A DNA stretch of 64,000 nt from Botryllus schlosseri (taxonomy: Eukaryota), in NCBI GenBank assembly GCA_051294905.1, contig CM119372.1:34598001-34662000 (forward strand). Reading direction: 5' to 3'. This document shows positions 38,326-51,784 of this stretch, piece by piece. How positions within the stretch are numbered: position 1 is the stretch's first letter; every line of letters starts with the position of its first letter. Both the position numbers and the translations under genes were made by a program. Below the pieces are notes generated by a model that made no database searches, was not told the origin of the DNA, and worked only from the letters and a program-made list of their open reading frames with translations.

Positions 38326-39446
38326 TATTGAAGTTCTTTACCTCCAAGAAGCTCTGTTATTACTGTATAAAATCCTGTCTTACTGTGTCAAAAACTTGTT
38401 GTTTTCAATTTGTATTTTCATATTTACCGGCAACTTACACTGTTTCTTTTATTGTACATTCTACAACCGATTCTTTTGAAATAAAACATTGTTTCGAGAA
38501 GAGCCTGTGGAAGTGAAGGTATTTCAGTTACATAATTTCGAGCTCTGCAGCGATAGGTACGGACATGCCACTTCAGACCACACAATATTGTGACATACAT
38601 CGCTACCACGCAATGTGGCATCTAAAAAAAATTCGATTATTGTGTTTTTTAGGTGCATAAATGCACGCGTTTAAGCTTACAGTGATGGATGACTGGCAAC
38701 ATTCTTTCCCTCAACGGCTACTGTTGAAGCCGATATTTCTCAGATTCGCTGGGCGAGAAATGAATTTAGGAGAAGCTTAGCTGACCTGATTTTGTAAGCA
38801 CTGTTACAGCGCAAACGATTTAAGTCTATTCAACAGCTGTGACAATCAGCTGTTGAGCGTGTTTGTTAGGCTTGTTTTTTTTTGCGTATTGGCACCGATT
38901 CCGATGGATACTGCACATTTTGTGGTATCGTTTGATATTATCAACCTATGAAATCGTTAGGCTTTTTCTTCTTCTTATTGTTTGTTGGCATGCACTGATT
39001 ATGCGTGGATGCTGCACATTTTGTGGTGTCTTTTGACAAACTAGATCAAATAAAGCGTTTTTGTGACTAATTCGAGGCTGAAACTATCTATTTAGAGGAC
39101 GATGCCAAAACTGCCAAAAAAAGTTATTTTTGGCAGTTTTGGCATTTGCCAAAAATAAGACGGCCTGGCGATAAGCCAAATTTCCGGGGGCTTCGCCCCA
39201 GACCCTACAGTTGGGCGATTGTTTTCACTTGTACTTGTAAGCACATTCATTCTACTCAGTGTAAGCAGAGAGTTTATGTAGCTTAATCGCGCCAATAGAG
39301 AAAATTTTCGGTCATTCATGACTGAATCGGTTTTCTCGCTGCCGAATTTTTGGCACACCTTTCGGGGTCCCATGCCAGCCTAAACTTAATTATGTGTTGG
39401 TACTTTGTGGTGCGGTAATGGCTATGATTTAAGTTCATTTGGAAAA

Positions 39447-40452
39447 TGTTATGATCGTGCATTTTACGTTGGTATCGTTTGTCTGTTATTTGTCTAGGAT
39501 TAGAAATTACCGACAATCATTATTTCCTCGTGTATCGTGCTTCGTATTTATACTCTGTGTTCTGTTGTCTACTTTTTCGTTTACCTGCACTCTGGATCGT
39601 GTCGCCTGTATTAAAGTTATTCTGCTGATAATATACTGATTTCATATTACAACATCGTCGTATGAGTTATTGTTCAAACAAGATCAAGAACATAACAATT
39701 GGTGTCAGAAGTGGGATTCGAACCCACGCATCCACTCGGAGGGGGTAAAGATTTCAACTTCGCGCTCCAAACACTTCTCGCTACTTACCGATGTGCACCG
39801 CACCCGGGCATAGACTGGAAAACGCATGCTGAGATTTTACATGGTCGGCAGCCGCACAATTTGTTAAGTTTATGCTCGCCCTTCGATAAATCGAAACCCG
39901 TTACGCCTGGACAATCAGTATCTCATTTCGAGATTGGTTCCTCGGTGTATACGCTCGCAGTTACCGACGCGGACCAAATGGGTTGCCGGCGTTGTGACGG
40001 AAATAATGGGACGCGTTGTGTACATTGTCAAAACAGATCATGGGCATTGGAGAAGGCATAAAAACCAACTCCAGCCACGCTTGATTTCCACTGGTGATGA
40101 AACAGCCACACAGGATGTCGCTCAGCCTCAACAGTCACAAACTGAACAACCATTGGCCAGAAATAGGGCACAACCTCCTGAAGCTAGTCCTGCTCGAACG
40201 TCTGGCAGTTATGTTCGTGCATTTTACGTTGGTATCGTCTCTTATTTGTCTATGATTAGAAATTACCGACAATCATTATTTCCTCGTGTGTCGTGCTTCG
40301 TGTTTATACCGTGTTCTGTTGTCTACTTTTTTCGTTTACCTGCACTCTGGATCGTGTCGTCTGTATTAAAGTTCTTCTGCTGATAATATACTGGTTTCAT
40401 ATTGCAACCTCGTCGTATAAGTTATTGTTCAAACAAGATCAACAACATAACA
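39447..40452 (+). mobile_element. Internally deleted Gypsy (Mag-like) LTR element, TRIM-sized
   Basis: LTRs 39447-39697 and ~40208-40452 (TGTTATG...CATAACA); TSD GAAAA (39442-39446, 40453-40457); tRNA-Leu PBS; integrase remnants LATYRCAPH..AEILHGRQ and KWVAGVV..G..VYIV..WRRHKNQL. Confidence 0.93.
39700..39741 (-). other. Primer-binding site: 42-nt copy of mature tRNA-Leu 3' end including CCA
   Basis: Reverse complement CTCCGAGTGGATGCGTGGGTTCGAATCCCACTTCTGACACCA = variable arm, T arm, acceptor strand, CCA. Confidence 0.88.
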
Positions 40453-41679
40453 GAAAATAATTTTGGGCTCTTTTCAAGCTCGGACCCTCTCCAATTGGGC
40501 GGTTTGGGGTGCCCCAGTTACGGTCCTGCACAAAATAATGAATCGAAAACGAATGATCGCGCAAACTGCGCTGTTTAGCGATGAGTCAGCTCGTAGCTGT
40601 TCTGTACTTGTCGCTCGCATGTCGTCAAATGACACGTCTTGAACTTTAAGTTAAATCGAACATGTTTCCAGCCCTAATGTTTCCTCACAAAGTTCCGAAT
40701 CACTTTAAAATTTGATGTTTTATTTATTTTATCAATGGATAAGCCTTCAACATGCATCTTGAATTTAAGGTATAAAATTGTAATATACCTGGCGGACCGG
40801 CATCGGTCAGCGGACCGGTGGTTGAGAACCACTGATATAGAGGCTATTTCGCCCAGTCTATTTCACTCACGACCGCGACGGCCAACATCTCCCAAAGTCT
40901 TCTACTTTACCAAGTTCAAATCATGAAAAGTAAAACGTTTTACCTAAAAGACTAACGGTTTAGTAGATGAGAAAGCAGTGCTAAAATCTTGCCACGTAAT
41001 GAAATAGTTCTGGTAGACAACACCTACCCGTGTCGTCCGAAAAAGTAGACGTACTCACTGAGTTCTGAGTACATCTGGTGAGCAATTCCGTTGTCTTTGA
41101 TCCAGCGACAATCTTTAGGGGAGCTCGAGAAATGATAACATGCTTCAACAAATTAATTAACAACAGTGGGACTGCCCGAAGCTATAGCCCGCGAGCAGAT
41201 CACGAACTACGAATAGTCTCAACTAGAGCTCGAGCGCAGACTTCGACAACGAGAAAATTTTCACCTTTTCCAAACTAGATTAGAATTCTATTAGAGCTAC
41301 ACAGTTTTTCATAATTACACTAGAACTGGAATAATAGCTACATATATTTTTTTAATCATAATAACCGAATTTGCGAAAACGTGGAAATTGAATGGAGTTC
41401 AGTTCATATCAAATCATCTCATAGGCATGAGGATGGCAAAAGTCTGTACACCGAGCTTGGTTTGTTGCGCAATTTCCAGCTCTCCAGTAGCATTTTCAGG
41501 AAAACCAGAATTAGAATAGAAATAAAATTACGCCATTGAAACATTTCACAAATTAGAATAGAATTAGCTTATCAGCATTTCGCTGTAATTAGTCTTTTTG
41601 GAAAACTAGAATTATCCAGTTGTCCAAGTATGCCCGAGCAATAATTATCGATTTGCCAGTAATATGGAGTCCATATGAC

Positions 41680-41845
41680 CAATGTTTCTTCTAATTCTTC
41701 ACGCGTCTGCGCGCACTCACTAACTCACTGCGCGGTTCCTTGGACAACAGTCCGTAACGACTAAACAAATGGTCATCGCTTCGGAATTTTTGTGCGCAGA
41801 GACCGCGCCGGCACTGCGCACGTGCGCAGCTTAGAGGGAACATTG
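41680..41845. mobile_element. 166-bp hAT MITE
   Basis: CAATGTTTCTTCTAA...TTAGAGGGAACATTG; TSD CATATGAC/CATATGGC; second copy at 62810-62994. Confidence 0.8.
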
Positions 41846-42387
41846 CATATGGCACTTTGAAAGTAATATCTGCCCAGGTCATTAGTGGTACAAAACATCA
41901 TGACTTTCCATGACGTTACAGCGTGGTGGAGTCGGATTACTATAAACTTCAACCGCTAGAATAGGAATATTGATCTATTTCTGATAACTTACAGGAGTCC
42001 AGATGCAGCAGCTACAGTTAATTTCATGTTCAAGCATACGCCTTAAGCTAGATATCGTGTCTTTAGAATATCGGCTTAACATATCGGGGTTCGGTGAAGT
42101 TACCGGTTATCGGTTTTATTGATATAAACCAAAATATCAGATATCAGTCGGGCTCCAATCTTCACGTTGAGCATGAACATTGCTGAAGGTATACATTGTA
42201 TAATTACGTGCCTTAGATTCTCGAAGGCATCACCTCCCCGAGAAAGGGGATGAAAATTTATCAAGTACTACATATGGGAGTACCAATAGTATTTGCCAAA
42301 ATTATACTAGTAGTAAATTTTGGAGTCGCGAGTAGACAACGCATGAACACTGGCTTTTCGTTTTACCAATTCTCATCGTTTTTATTT

Positions 42388-42916
42388 ATGCACCACTACC
42401 CACAGAATCGGAAACGAGCCATCAATCCGCCAATCCTCCCCATGCCCGGGCTGTTTCGAATAATTAGGCCGCAGCTTCCGTCAATTCCTTTCATGTTTGC
42501 TTCGCAACAATACCGAAGTTTCGGGGAAGGCCGTCTTAGTAAAGGATCCCCGTCGTTTATAGTCGGACATAGGAATGTAACTAATCGTCTTCGATCTCCG
42601 ACTTTCACCATGGATCAAGAAAACATTCTTGGCGAATGTTCTCGCATCAGTTCGTACCCCACCGGTCTAAAAATTTCACCTCTAACGGCGGATTACGTTT
42701 ACGAGGCACGTGTCGTACTTTCGATCGACACTTGAATTGTACGTCGCCCGCACGAGACGGTGTGACCCGCGTGGCTTTCTTGAGTTATTAAAAGAGACGG
42801 GCCCGAGAGCCCGGTCGGTTTCGAACCAATAAAAGCACGTCTCCCGAAGTTGCTGCTTAATCGCATGTATTAGCTCTGGAATTGCCACAGTTTGAGACAA
42901 GCATATCAACCAGATA
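42388..42916 (-). pseudogene. 18S rRNA pseudogene (5' two-thirds, multiply deleted, divergent)
   Basis: Minus strand has ordered universal blocks TATCTGGTTGAT, ATGCTTGTCTCAAA, AGAGCTAATACATGC, AGAGGTGAAATT, GCCAAGAATGTTTTC, CGAAGACGAT, AAAGGAATTGACGGAAG, GATTCTGTGGGTAGTGGTGCAT. Confidence 0.92.
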
Positions 42917-43080
42917 TCTCATTCGCCGCGAGGAGTCCGCACCGCCGCGAGGGCGATCGGACGCCGGGACCAACGTGTCGCTTCGCTCTCGATCGCTCGA
43001 TCGTTCTCGCAACCGTCCGCAGTCGCGAAGGGCGCGGGCGCCCGCGCACCGCTTAGTAGAGTCACCGCTCGCTCGTTGTT
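42917..43080 (-). other. Probable 5' external transcribed spacer co-inserted with the 18S fragment
   Basis: Abruptly GC/CpG-rich stretch contiguous with the 18S 5' end in an AT-rich background. Confidence 0.6.
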
Positions 43081-45577
43081 AGTACTTATAGTAAGCACAG
43101 TGATCGATTGAGTTTACCGTGACCTATTCCGTATTTCTCGTTAATCGCATATTATACACCGGACATGATTCCTCATGGATTTATTATTATTATTTGTGGT
43201 GATATGAGTTCCTATTTTCCATAATTTTGTATATGGTGCGTTTATCTCAATAAAACAACCCCATAATTTGCTAGAGTTTGCAGCATACTTTTCCATACTA
43301 ACTAACCATTGCAAGTTTTTGTGTCGACAGGCCTTCACATCTGGTAGCGATGTCTTAAGTTAATATAGAATATCGATGTATCATTCCTAGTGGCTAGATC
43401 TCGACTTATCTCATTATTCATCTCCTATGGTCTTACTTGAATCAAACAGTAATTGTTGTTATTCCACTATTCTTTATTGAACATTTGAATCCTTCGTAAA
43501 CCACTCGTTCATATCGCATTAGCATTGGTCGCAATTGTACGAAAATTGATGGGGGTGACAAATCGTATAATATAATGTGATTTCTAGGCTGAACTTCCAG
43601 GAACAAATCACAATGCAATCGTGAATAATTGTGATTACTTTCCAATGCATTCGCAACCGTGTTTGAGTGCATGGTAGGGATTTCCCTGTAATCGTAATTG
43701 TTATCGTGCGTTTCAGAATTAGTCGCAATCGCAATGGATTACATTGAGTAGTCAATCGATTTATACAGTCACGCCCGCATCCACACCACTTCGTTGAGAT
43801 CATTCTGCTTAAACATGGTGCATTCAACGTAAACCGACTGTGCTGTAGGTGCTTCACGCGGATTACGAAGTTTAATTTCGTCAACTTGGGTGCCTTTTTA
43901 ATCCGGATAATCCGACGAAAAGACGCAAGCGAATTATGCGAATTATGCTCAATCAGGAAGATGAGATAAGTCGGAATATCTCTTTGATATAAATGATTTC
44001 TTCGTCACAGCAAGCTATATTATCCTGTTACAGAAGACGACGTACTGGCTGTGGGCGCCAGTTTGATTTCATAATACTAATATGGAATTCAAACATTAGA
44101 CATGTTTGTGCGCCGGTAGAGATGAGCACGGATTTCGACGTCGACTTGCAAAGCAGGATGTGAATATTTTGTCCGTATTTAGCGGATTTGCGATTATCAT
44201 TGAGCTGAAATTAGCAGTGATCTTGAGATCAGATTAGTACATGCTGTCAATTGATTCAAAATTTTGGATTCGAAGATAAAAGTCCGGACAGGATTCACCT
44301 ACGAAATAATTGAGATTGTCATTGAAATTCCGGATCTGCAATTGCTTCAGCTACGACTTAACCATGGCTGGGACGGACTAATGCTGTTTTGGTTATATGC
44401 CTGTGGTTGCGCTTGCAAAGTGAATAAGCCGTCTTGATATAATAACGCCACGATTCGGCAACATTCTGTTAGAGATCATATCTATTATATGAGGTGGCGT
44501 TAGTGATTGGTGATGTAGGAAACACTGTACTGACTATATATGAAAGCAATGTCCTCATCGTATAAGCCTGTATGAAGACTGGAGTATGAGATACAAATAA
44601 TGTACACTTGCACAGTCTTTTCAATTTCAAAAGATACCGATTCCTGCTATTGTCAGTAGCATCATTCGCTACCGGACATTATGAATTGTAAAATATAATA
44701 CATATGCTCCTCAATGGGGCAGGGAATTAGCCTACTATGAAATGATTTGGATTGGATGCTAAGGTATTGTTTAATGTTTTACTAGGAATTTATTTTGTAC
44801 TAGAAAAGTATTTTACTATCATCCTAAATGCGAACAAGCGCGACTATTACAAGGCTTCAGGAGGTCAATGGGATCGTTGGAAATTGACAATATGCATTTT
44901 AATAATCCATTTATAAAGATGCAAGCACGATAAGATTTGAATACAACACTGAACGTCACCGCAAACCTCCGTAATCTGTTCAGTGTTCACTGTATGCCGT
45001 CAATATTATGCAGTAGAATTGCTTTCTTCTACACTCGTTAAAACTCTTTCGATAATTTATTTCATCTTCGAATATCAAGTATATAACATATTACACCCGT
45101 GATATACAGCATCGTCGCCCAATTGTGCTTATTTACGGTGATTTACCTCAATTTAAACCAAGGATCATAAAAAGAGAAACAAATATCGAGGCGGATAAGC
45201 ATTATGCGATGATTATAATCATATATTTATTCGCCAACACGGCCATCGAATGAATGCAAGACTGAGACGCTGAAGGGATGCTTCGAACCCTGAACTGCCG
45301 AAGTTCGTGAAGAGCCCTATCGTTGATACAAATTTCGTTGCGGACACCATCCTATATGGCGGCACAGAGAGGGGTAAGAGTCGAAGGAGATTCGAATTCT
45401 TCGTTCTGAGTAATGGTGCGCCTACTGCAGGGTTGGACGATGAGATTTAGTCCGCCAAAGGTAATTGAAGAGAAGCGTAAACGAGCTATCAATCATATGA
45501 TTATCTATTATTACCATAGAGGTGGATTGGATTTATTCACATGTCAATTAAAAAGCCTTAGATTGCCGTGTAATTAC

Positions 45578-46092
45578 TAGGGCTGGGCAAAATCGAGTAC
45601 CTGGGTGATTCGATTCTGAATCACGTAAAATGATCCGAGTCGAGTCGAGTATTCGAGTATCACTCATTATGACGTCACAACCGAATGTACTATGTCAAAG
45701 TTAAAATATGTACCTTTTATGCCACCACGAAGAACATAATGCCTCTTATCCGTCACATTGAAGATAGTTTGGTATTTTTTCGACCATCCCGATTTCATTG
45801 CACTTCTTGACAATGTGGTGGGATGATCATGACTTCGGAAATGTGTTATTTTCAGTAACGTTCCTAGCTTTGTACTATGTCTCGTATGCTGAGATGCCGC
45901 AAATCAAGGTTTTAATGCTTCCTCATTGGAAAATATTACCAAAACTATAACTCTCGTTAGTAAATTAACTTTCAGTTGCGAGGAGCGTATAATTTCAGTA
46001 CTCGAAAAAATCGTCTTTTACTACTCGACTCGAATCATCAAAATTAATACTCGATTCAGATTCGAGTACTCGAATCATTGTGCCCAGCCCTA
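45578..46092. mobile_element. hAT-Ac-like MITE family D
   Basis: TIR TAGGGCTGGGCA; perfect TSD GTAATTAC; inverted homologue at ~51265-51784. Confidence 0.9.
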
Positions 46093-46713
46093 GTAATTAC
46101 ATCGAATAATCGTAACAGCTGACCTACATAAGAAAATATATAAGGCGCAGTAAGCACATTGCCACATTTTAAGAAGTTTATGTATATTGGGATCATCCAT
46201 TTCCCGTGTATTGGCTGCCGATGGTTTAAGATCGATGAGTCTAAGGTTACAGAATTGGGTAGTAGGCTATTAAATGCCCCTAACGAGCTAGATGCGTAAA
46301 CTTTTTCGAATGATTATACGAGGGATAAAAAGTTTGGGTTGCAACTAGGTCGAAAGTCTAAATCCTGACCCAATCTCAACGTTCCTAAGCAACTCATTGA
46401 GATAAATGGCAAAATTAGAAATTCGTCCGCCCTCTACAGGCGTATACTCGCTGAATGAAGTTCCGTGTGTGTAACTTTTCGACGGATTATACCTGAGAAA
46501 GTGCTCTCACAAATAGATATGCTACCAAACACGGCGTACATATTTAACGCAAACGCTTTAGTGATCATGTCCACCTAATCAAGTAACCAAAATTTGTACA
46601 GAAAATGTACTCGGTCTTCCGTAATACACCTATTTAAGTGATCAATTCTCCGAGTAGTAATAGCACAATAACACGAACTGCCTGTTCCGTTCAGCGTAGT
46701 CGTCGCTCTATAG

Positions 46714-47129
46714 TAGGATTACCTTAGGTCCTCTTTCAAGAGGATTTGTCCTCTTTTTCGACTTTTTTGCAAGTGTCCTCGGAGGACGCCGAAATGTCCT
46801 CTTTTTGAGATTTTGTCTTCTTTATTGATAATTTTGGTTTAATATAGGGAAAAATCCGACTGAGATACAGTAAATCAGCCCTTGAGTAACGCATGGAGGC
46901 TATTTCGGGAGCTGAGCCGGAAAGATGACTTTTATTTTAGTCAACCAACGGATAATGTGATAGAAAAACTGCATTTCGGGAGTTGAGCCGGAAAGCTGCC
47001 CTCTTTTTATTCAACCAACCACGAAGTGGGAAAAATTTACCGTTTTTTCTGAACTTTCCTCCGGTATTGAAAGTCTGAAAATTTTGAAGAAGTGTCCTCT
47101 TTTCAGATTTCCAAAATATGGCAACTCTA
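46714..47129. mobile_element. hAT Blackjack-like MITE
   Basis: TAGGATTACC...TGGCAACTCTA; perfect TSD CTCTATAG. Confidence 0.85.
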
Positions 47130-49134
47130 CTCTATAGCCATAATTAAAGCCAGCGTTGTGCAACTAATATGCAGCAGCAGTCAACGTGTTCAATCTGTTC
47201 ATGTATTCCAAATTTAGTGTTAAGTAGCCTGTATATATTTCCTTTACCATGTATTTATATTACTCCGCGTCTCACATAAGCAGGGGTCACCATAGTATGC
47301 AAGGCACGAATGAATGGGAATCGTGCCATTTTGTTGTATTGAATTTTTGCATTTGCGACATTGCTCGCAGCCTATGTCGTAAAGCAGGGGTCGACAACCT
47401 CCTGAACGCGTGCAATTAGCGGCACGCGAGATGATTTTTCATGGCACGCCAAATGATTTTACGAACACGACATATCATAACCATGTTTTTTTGCAAAACA
47501 AGTCACATACGTTTTCAAAATAGAAAAAGCAAAAAATATTTGATAAATCAACAAAATGCAGACACTTTTGGGGCAGATTTTAGTTATCCTGAACATTTTA
47601 TCGTGCTCCGCGCGATTTGCCGTGACTTATTTTCCTAATTTTGGGAAACCGACAAAATTATATATACGGCAACCTAATATCGTATGAAATCGTTTGGAAG
47701 CTTTAGTCTGAGAGTGTGCAGTGTGAAGCCTGTGGGACCGCAAATATTTGATATGATCTAGCATTTTCACGCTAGAAGACACACGTTTCGGCAACATGCA
47801 ACTCCAATATTATTGACGGCGATAAAACATTGAAATATAATAATCGCCACATATTGGCCAAAACCTCCGACATTGATATGTCCACTGTGCAGGCGCCGAA
47901 ATGACCGGCGCGAATAGTCCAGTTTCCGCAGCTTGAGCCGCACGTGTCAAATGAGACCCACCGAGGAAAATAATGAGTCGCGTGTCGAAATGCGAATTTA
48001 GAGCTGTGTTCGTCCCACGAAAGGATATATTGTTTTAGTTTCGTCTAAAGCGATGCCAATATATCTGGAGCAACGACAATAACCTTTACCTCTATACCAC
48101 GATCTTTGGAGCTTTGCAGACAAATCTCGTGTTAGACAAACTTAATTGGGACATCAAACCGACTAGCATGATACAAAGATTGGTACATTTTTATCATCAG
48201 GTCATCTCATCAAAGCATATTTGATAAGCCTGTCACTTATGGGCTATGGTATCGAACACAGTAGACTTGGAAACGGTCAAGACAACCACAGAAGATCGAT
48301 CCTTACACGGCTAAAATTAGATGGTGCGTACTGCGCACCTTACGTATATAGGCGGTAGGTCTAGTGAGGTAGCGACTAAAATTGATACCCGACGCGACCA
48401 ATACTGTAAGAATTACAGATGTAACCGATGCCGATGCAGGCTGCAGATAGTTGGTTGGTGTGATTCCTTACTTGAAACGCTAAAAATCACAAAATGAAAT
48501 ATGGTTGACACGCCAGTTGGTAATATTTTACAATTTTTTAATATTTTGACACGCTGCGTATGAAAGGTTGCCGGCCCTTGTCGTAAAGTGTCCCGATATA
48601 ATAGAGTACCGAATAGCCTACTTGAACCATGAAAATCGCCCTACCAACGAAAATAGACATCCGGCGGACATCCGCTATTATTAACGCACTTCTGTTGAAT
48701 ATGAGCCTAAAAAATATTGAGAATTGAACATTCGTCGAAGCGAACACGCAGAAACTATGCGGGCTATGCTAACGATTCTAGTGATCCTCATATACTTCAA
48801 TATGGGATCTCACATAGTACCTGGAAAGAAAACAGTGCAATTTTTTGCTAACGCGATGGATGAAAAGCTCCGCAAGAAACACGATGATACTCTACTGGAA
48901 CCGTCTAAAACTCCCGAGACAAAGTAGGCGCTCCTCAATATGTCTAAACAGGTCGGCGGTGAAGTGTATAGCGTTGACACTATCAGAGATGTCATCTCGT
49001 AATCAATAACGAGGCATAGCTCTGCGAATTGTAACTTTTCTCAGGGTGACAACCTGTTTTTTCCCTGCCTTGTTCGTGTCTGATTGCGTAAAAATTTGTT
49101 TCAGAAGCATTATGTATAAGATATTACGGATGGT

Positions 49135-50509
49135 TAGGGTTGTATTTAAAAGAAATGGTTGTTTAAAACAATTCGTTCGAAACATGTTTTAAACAGTGTT
49201 TTAAACAAAGGTCTTAGCAGTGTTGGGATGACTCGAGTCATGACTTGACTCGAGTCGGACTCGAGTCAACTTTTTCGTATGACTTGACTTGACTCGAGTC
49301 ACTTTGCAAAAATGACTTGACTTGACTTGACTCGGCGCTTCAGAAATGTGGATTGACTCGTGACTCGGAGCAAAATTTACGAGTCAATTTCAAGTCATCA
49401 ATAAGTAAATGGTGTAGACTAAATCAATGTATTAGGCGTGACTAAATCAATGCATCATGCGTAAGTGTGTATGTTCGGATAATTCGCGATACGCCGGTGA
49501 CACTTGTGAGAGCAACCAGTCTTTCACTTATTGTACGTTCCACTTCCGCCGGTCCTCCATTGTTATATCACAAATAAATTGGCCGCAAACGAAATGGTCG
49601 CAGCTTACGTTGGTGTAGTAGTAGTAGTAGATTAATCCAATAACTGTTTCTAAGATGGCGCAGTGCTTACATTGCGCTGTGCGAACCTTTACCAACCCTC
49701 TTGAATGACTTAAATCTAATGAATACAGTTTATGCGTTTATATTCTTACGGATGTGCAGATGGGTATTATTGTACCATACCAATTTACCCACCAAAATAT
49801 TCACGTATTTTATTAGCAGTTCTACGTGTGCGTGTGCGATACAACGCCTTTTTGCATGTAGGCCTATACTTGACTTTATATTCGTTATTTGATTCAAGAT
49901 AAAGGCAAATTAATCTATATTTCACACAGCTGGCAAAATGACTTTGAATCATCACTCATACTTCGAAAATGCAATTTGACTTGAATTGTGACTTGACTCG
50001 TGACTTGACTTGACTTGACTCGACTTGACTTGAGTCACCTCCAAAATTCGACTGACTTGACTTGACTCGAGTCACCTTCGAAAATCCATTGACTTGACTT
50101 GACTCGAGTCAAAATCTGCAATGACCTGAGATGACTCGTGACTCGAAGGTAGTGACTTGATCCCAACACTGGGTCTTAGAAATATTTTGTTTTTTTTTTC
50201 ATTGTAAAATCATGTCATATTTGCGTAAATAGTTTCTAAATATATAAGCCCACATACAATTACCACCCAACATAGCCGACGTATATACGATATGGGATGG
50301 TTGAAACCCTCAAAATATTCAGTTCAACAGCTAAAGTACGTAGATATTTCGTCAAATGAGCTGTATTTACCCTATTTTTTCTATTGTCAATGTCAATCCA
50401 CGAGGACGTCACAATTGAATATTCCGGAAGCCATGACCTAAAAAAAAACAATAAAAACATGTTTTAAACATGTCCGTTTGAAATTGATTTTTGTTTAAAT
50501 ACAACCCTA
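49135..50509. mobile_element. hAT MITE hosting a nested MITE
   Basis: TIR TAGGGTTGTATTTAAA; TSD CGGATGGT/CGGTTGGT. Confidence 0.85.
49218..50171. mobile_element. hAT MITE with dense GACTT/GACTCGAGTC subterminal repeats
   Basis: TIR CAGTGTTGGGAT; perfect TSD GGTCTTAG. Confidence 0.92.
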
Positions 50510-51264
50510 CGGTTGGTGCAAACCCCCGAAAGGTTATGTGTGAACGCGAAGGTGAACCTATGACCCCACGTGACCATATATCGCTAATTCTACCCTACAA
50601 GTAGTTGTAGTAATATATTACTGTACAGTTTTCCACGCACATGATAGCTAGCGGCCCTCTCATGCCACATTATGCCTCCATACTGATGTACGTGCTGACT
50701 TTTTTAAACGTCACCTAGGCGTACTGTATCAACTGAAACAATCAATTGCTATATTAATTTCACATAATCAATATCGTCTGTGGCTTCGTACAGATGTATT
50801 CTTAAGAGTGGAACACCGGTCTTTGTACTTGCGCCAGATACTTTCTTACAATCAAGTTATAAAGTAGCCAACACCCCAGTCGGAAGGATTTGGTTTTTAT
50901 GGTACAATAAGGATAGCAAATCAAAAAAGATCTCGTACGCCTGATAGATTTTATTACATTAAACGTCGATGCATTCATTATATTATCAATTAGGTTGATG
51001 TAAATATTAATTTTGTAGACGAAGCACAATTCGCTGACTTCTTACACGTAGTGTGTTTCGATTTCGAAGCTGATATGAAAAGAATCTCAATAGTAATTTT
51101 AGCATTGTCGCGAAGATCCATCGTGCAATTTGTAAAGTAGCCTAATCTTCGGGTTACTACTGTAACCACGATCAATTGGACCAAAACTTACCGGAGTACT
51201 TTACTAATCTTTCATTTACCACTACTACATGTAGTACAGGGATCGGCAACCCGCGGCTCGTGAG

Positions 51265-51784
51265 TAGGGCTGGGCCCAATGATTCGAGTACTCGAATTTG
51301 AATCGCGTAATAATTTTGATGATTCGAGTCGAGTATTGAAACGCAATTTTTTCGAGTAGTGATAATATACGCTCCACGCCACTTAAAGTTGATTTTTCAA
51401 CGATAATAATAGTTTTGATACTATTTTCCACTTCGGAAGGCTGCAAACCTTGATTGGCCGTATCGCAGCATACGAAACACAAGTACAAAGCTATACTAAC
51501 GTTGCTGGCGATAACATATTTCTGGAGTCATGATCCCCCCACAGCATGTCACAAAGTGTAAAGAAACTGGTATGGTCGACAAAACAACCAAATAATCTCT
51601 TATAGTCTAATGTGATGGATAACAGGCGTTATATTCTTTGTGGACGCATAAAAGGTACAAATTTTAGCATGGACATCTTACATAATGTTATTACGTCATA
51701 ATGAGTGATACTCGAATACTCGACTCGACTCGAAGCATAATGCGTGATTCAGAATCGAATCACTCAGGTACTCGATTTTGCCCG
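51265..51784. mobile_element. Family D MITE copy inside a Charlie-type fragment
   Basis: Reverse complement of 45578-46092; preceded by CAGGGATCGGCAACCCGCGGCTC at ~51237. Confidence 0.75.

Noticed and set aside
39700..39741. Functional tRNA-Leu gene
   Set aside because: Only the 3' half, includes CCA, and sits exactly at the PBS position.
33647..41630. One 8-kb element bounded by CTTGGACAAC/GTTGTCCAAG with TTAGAATT repeats
   Set aside because: Flanks do not form a TSD; may be two fragments of one family. Left unresolved.
42250..42735. 161-aa ORF as protein
   Set aside because: It is mostly the antisense reading of the 18S pseudogene.
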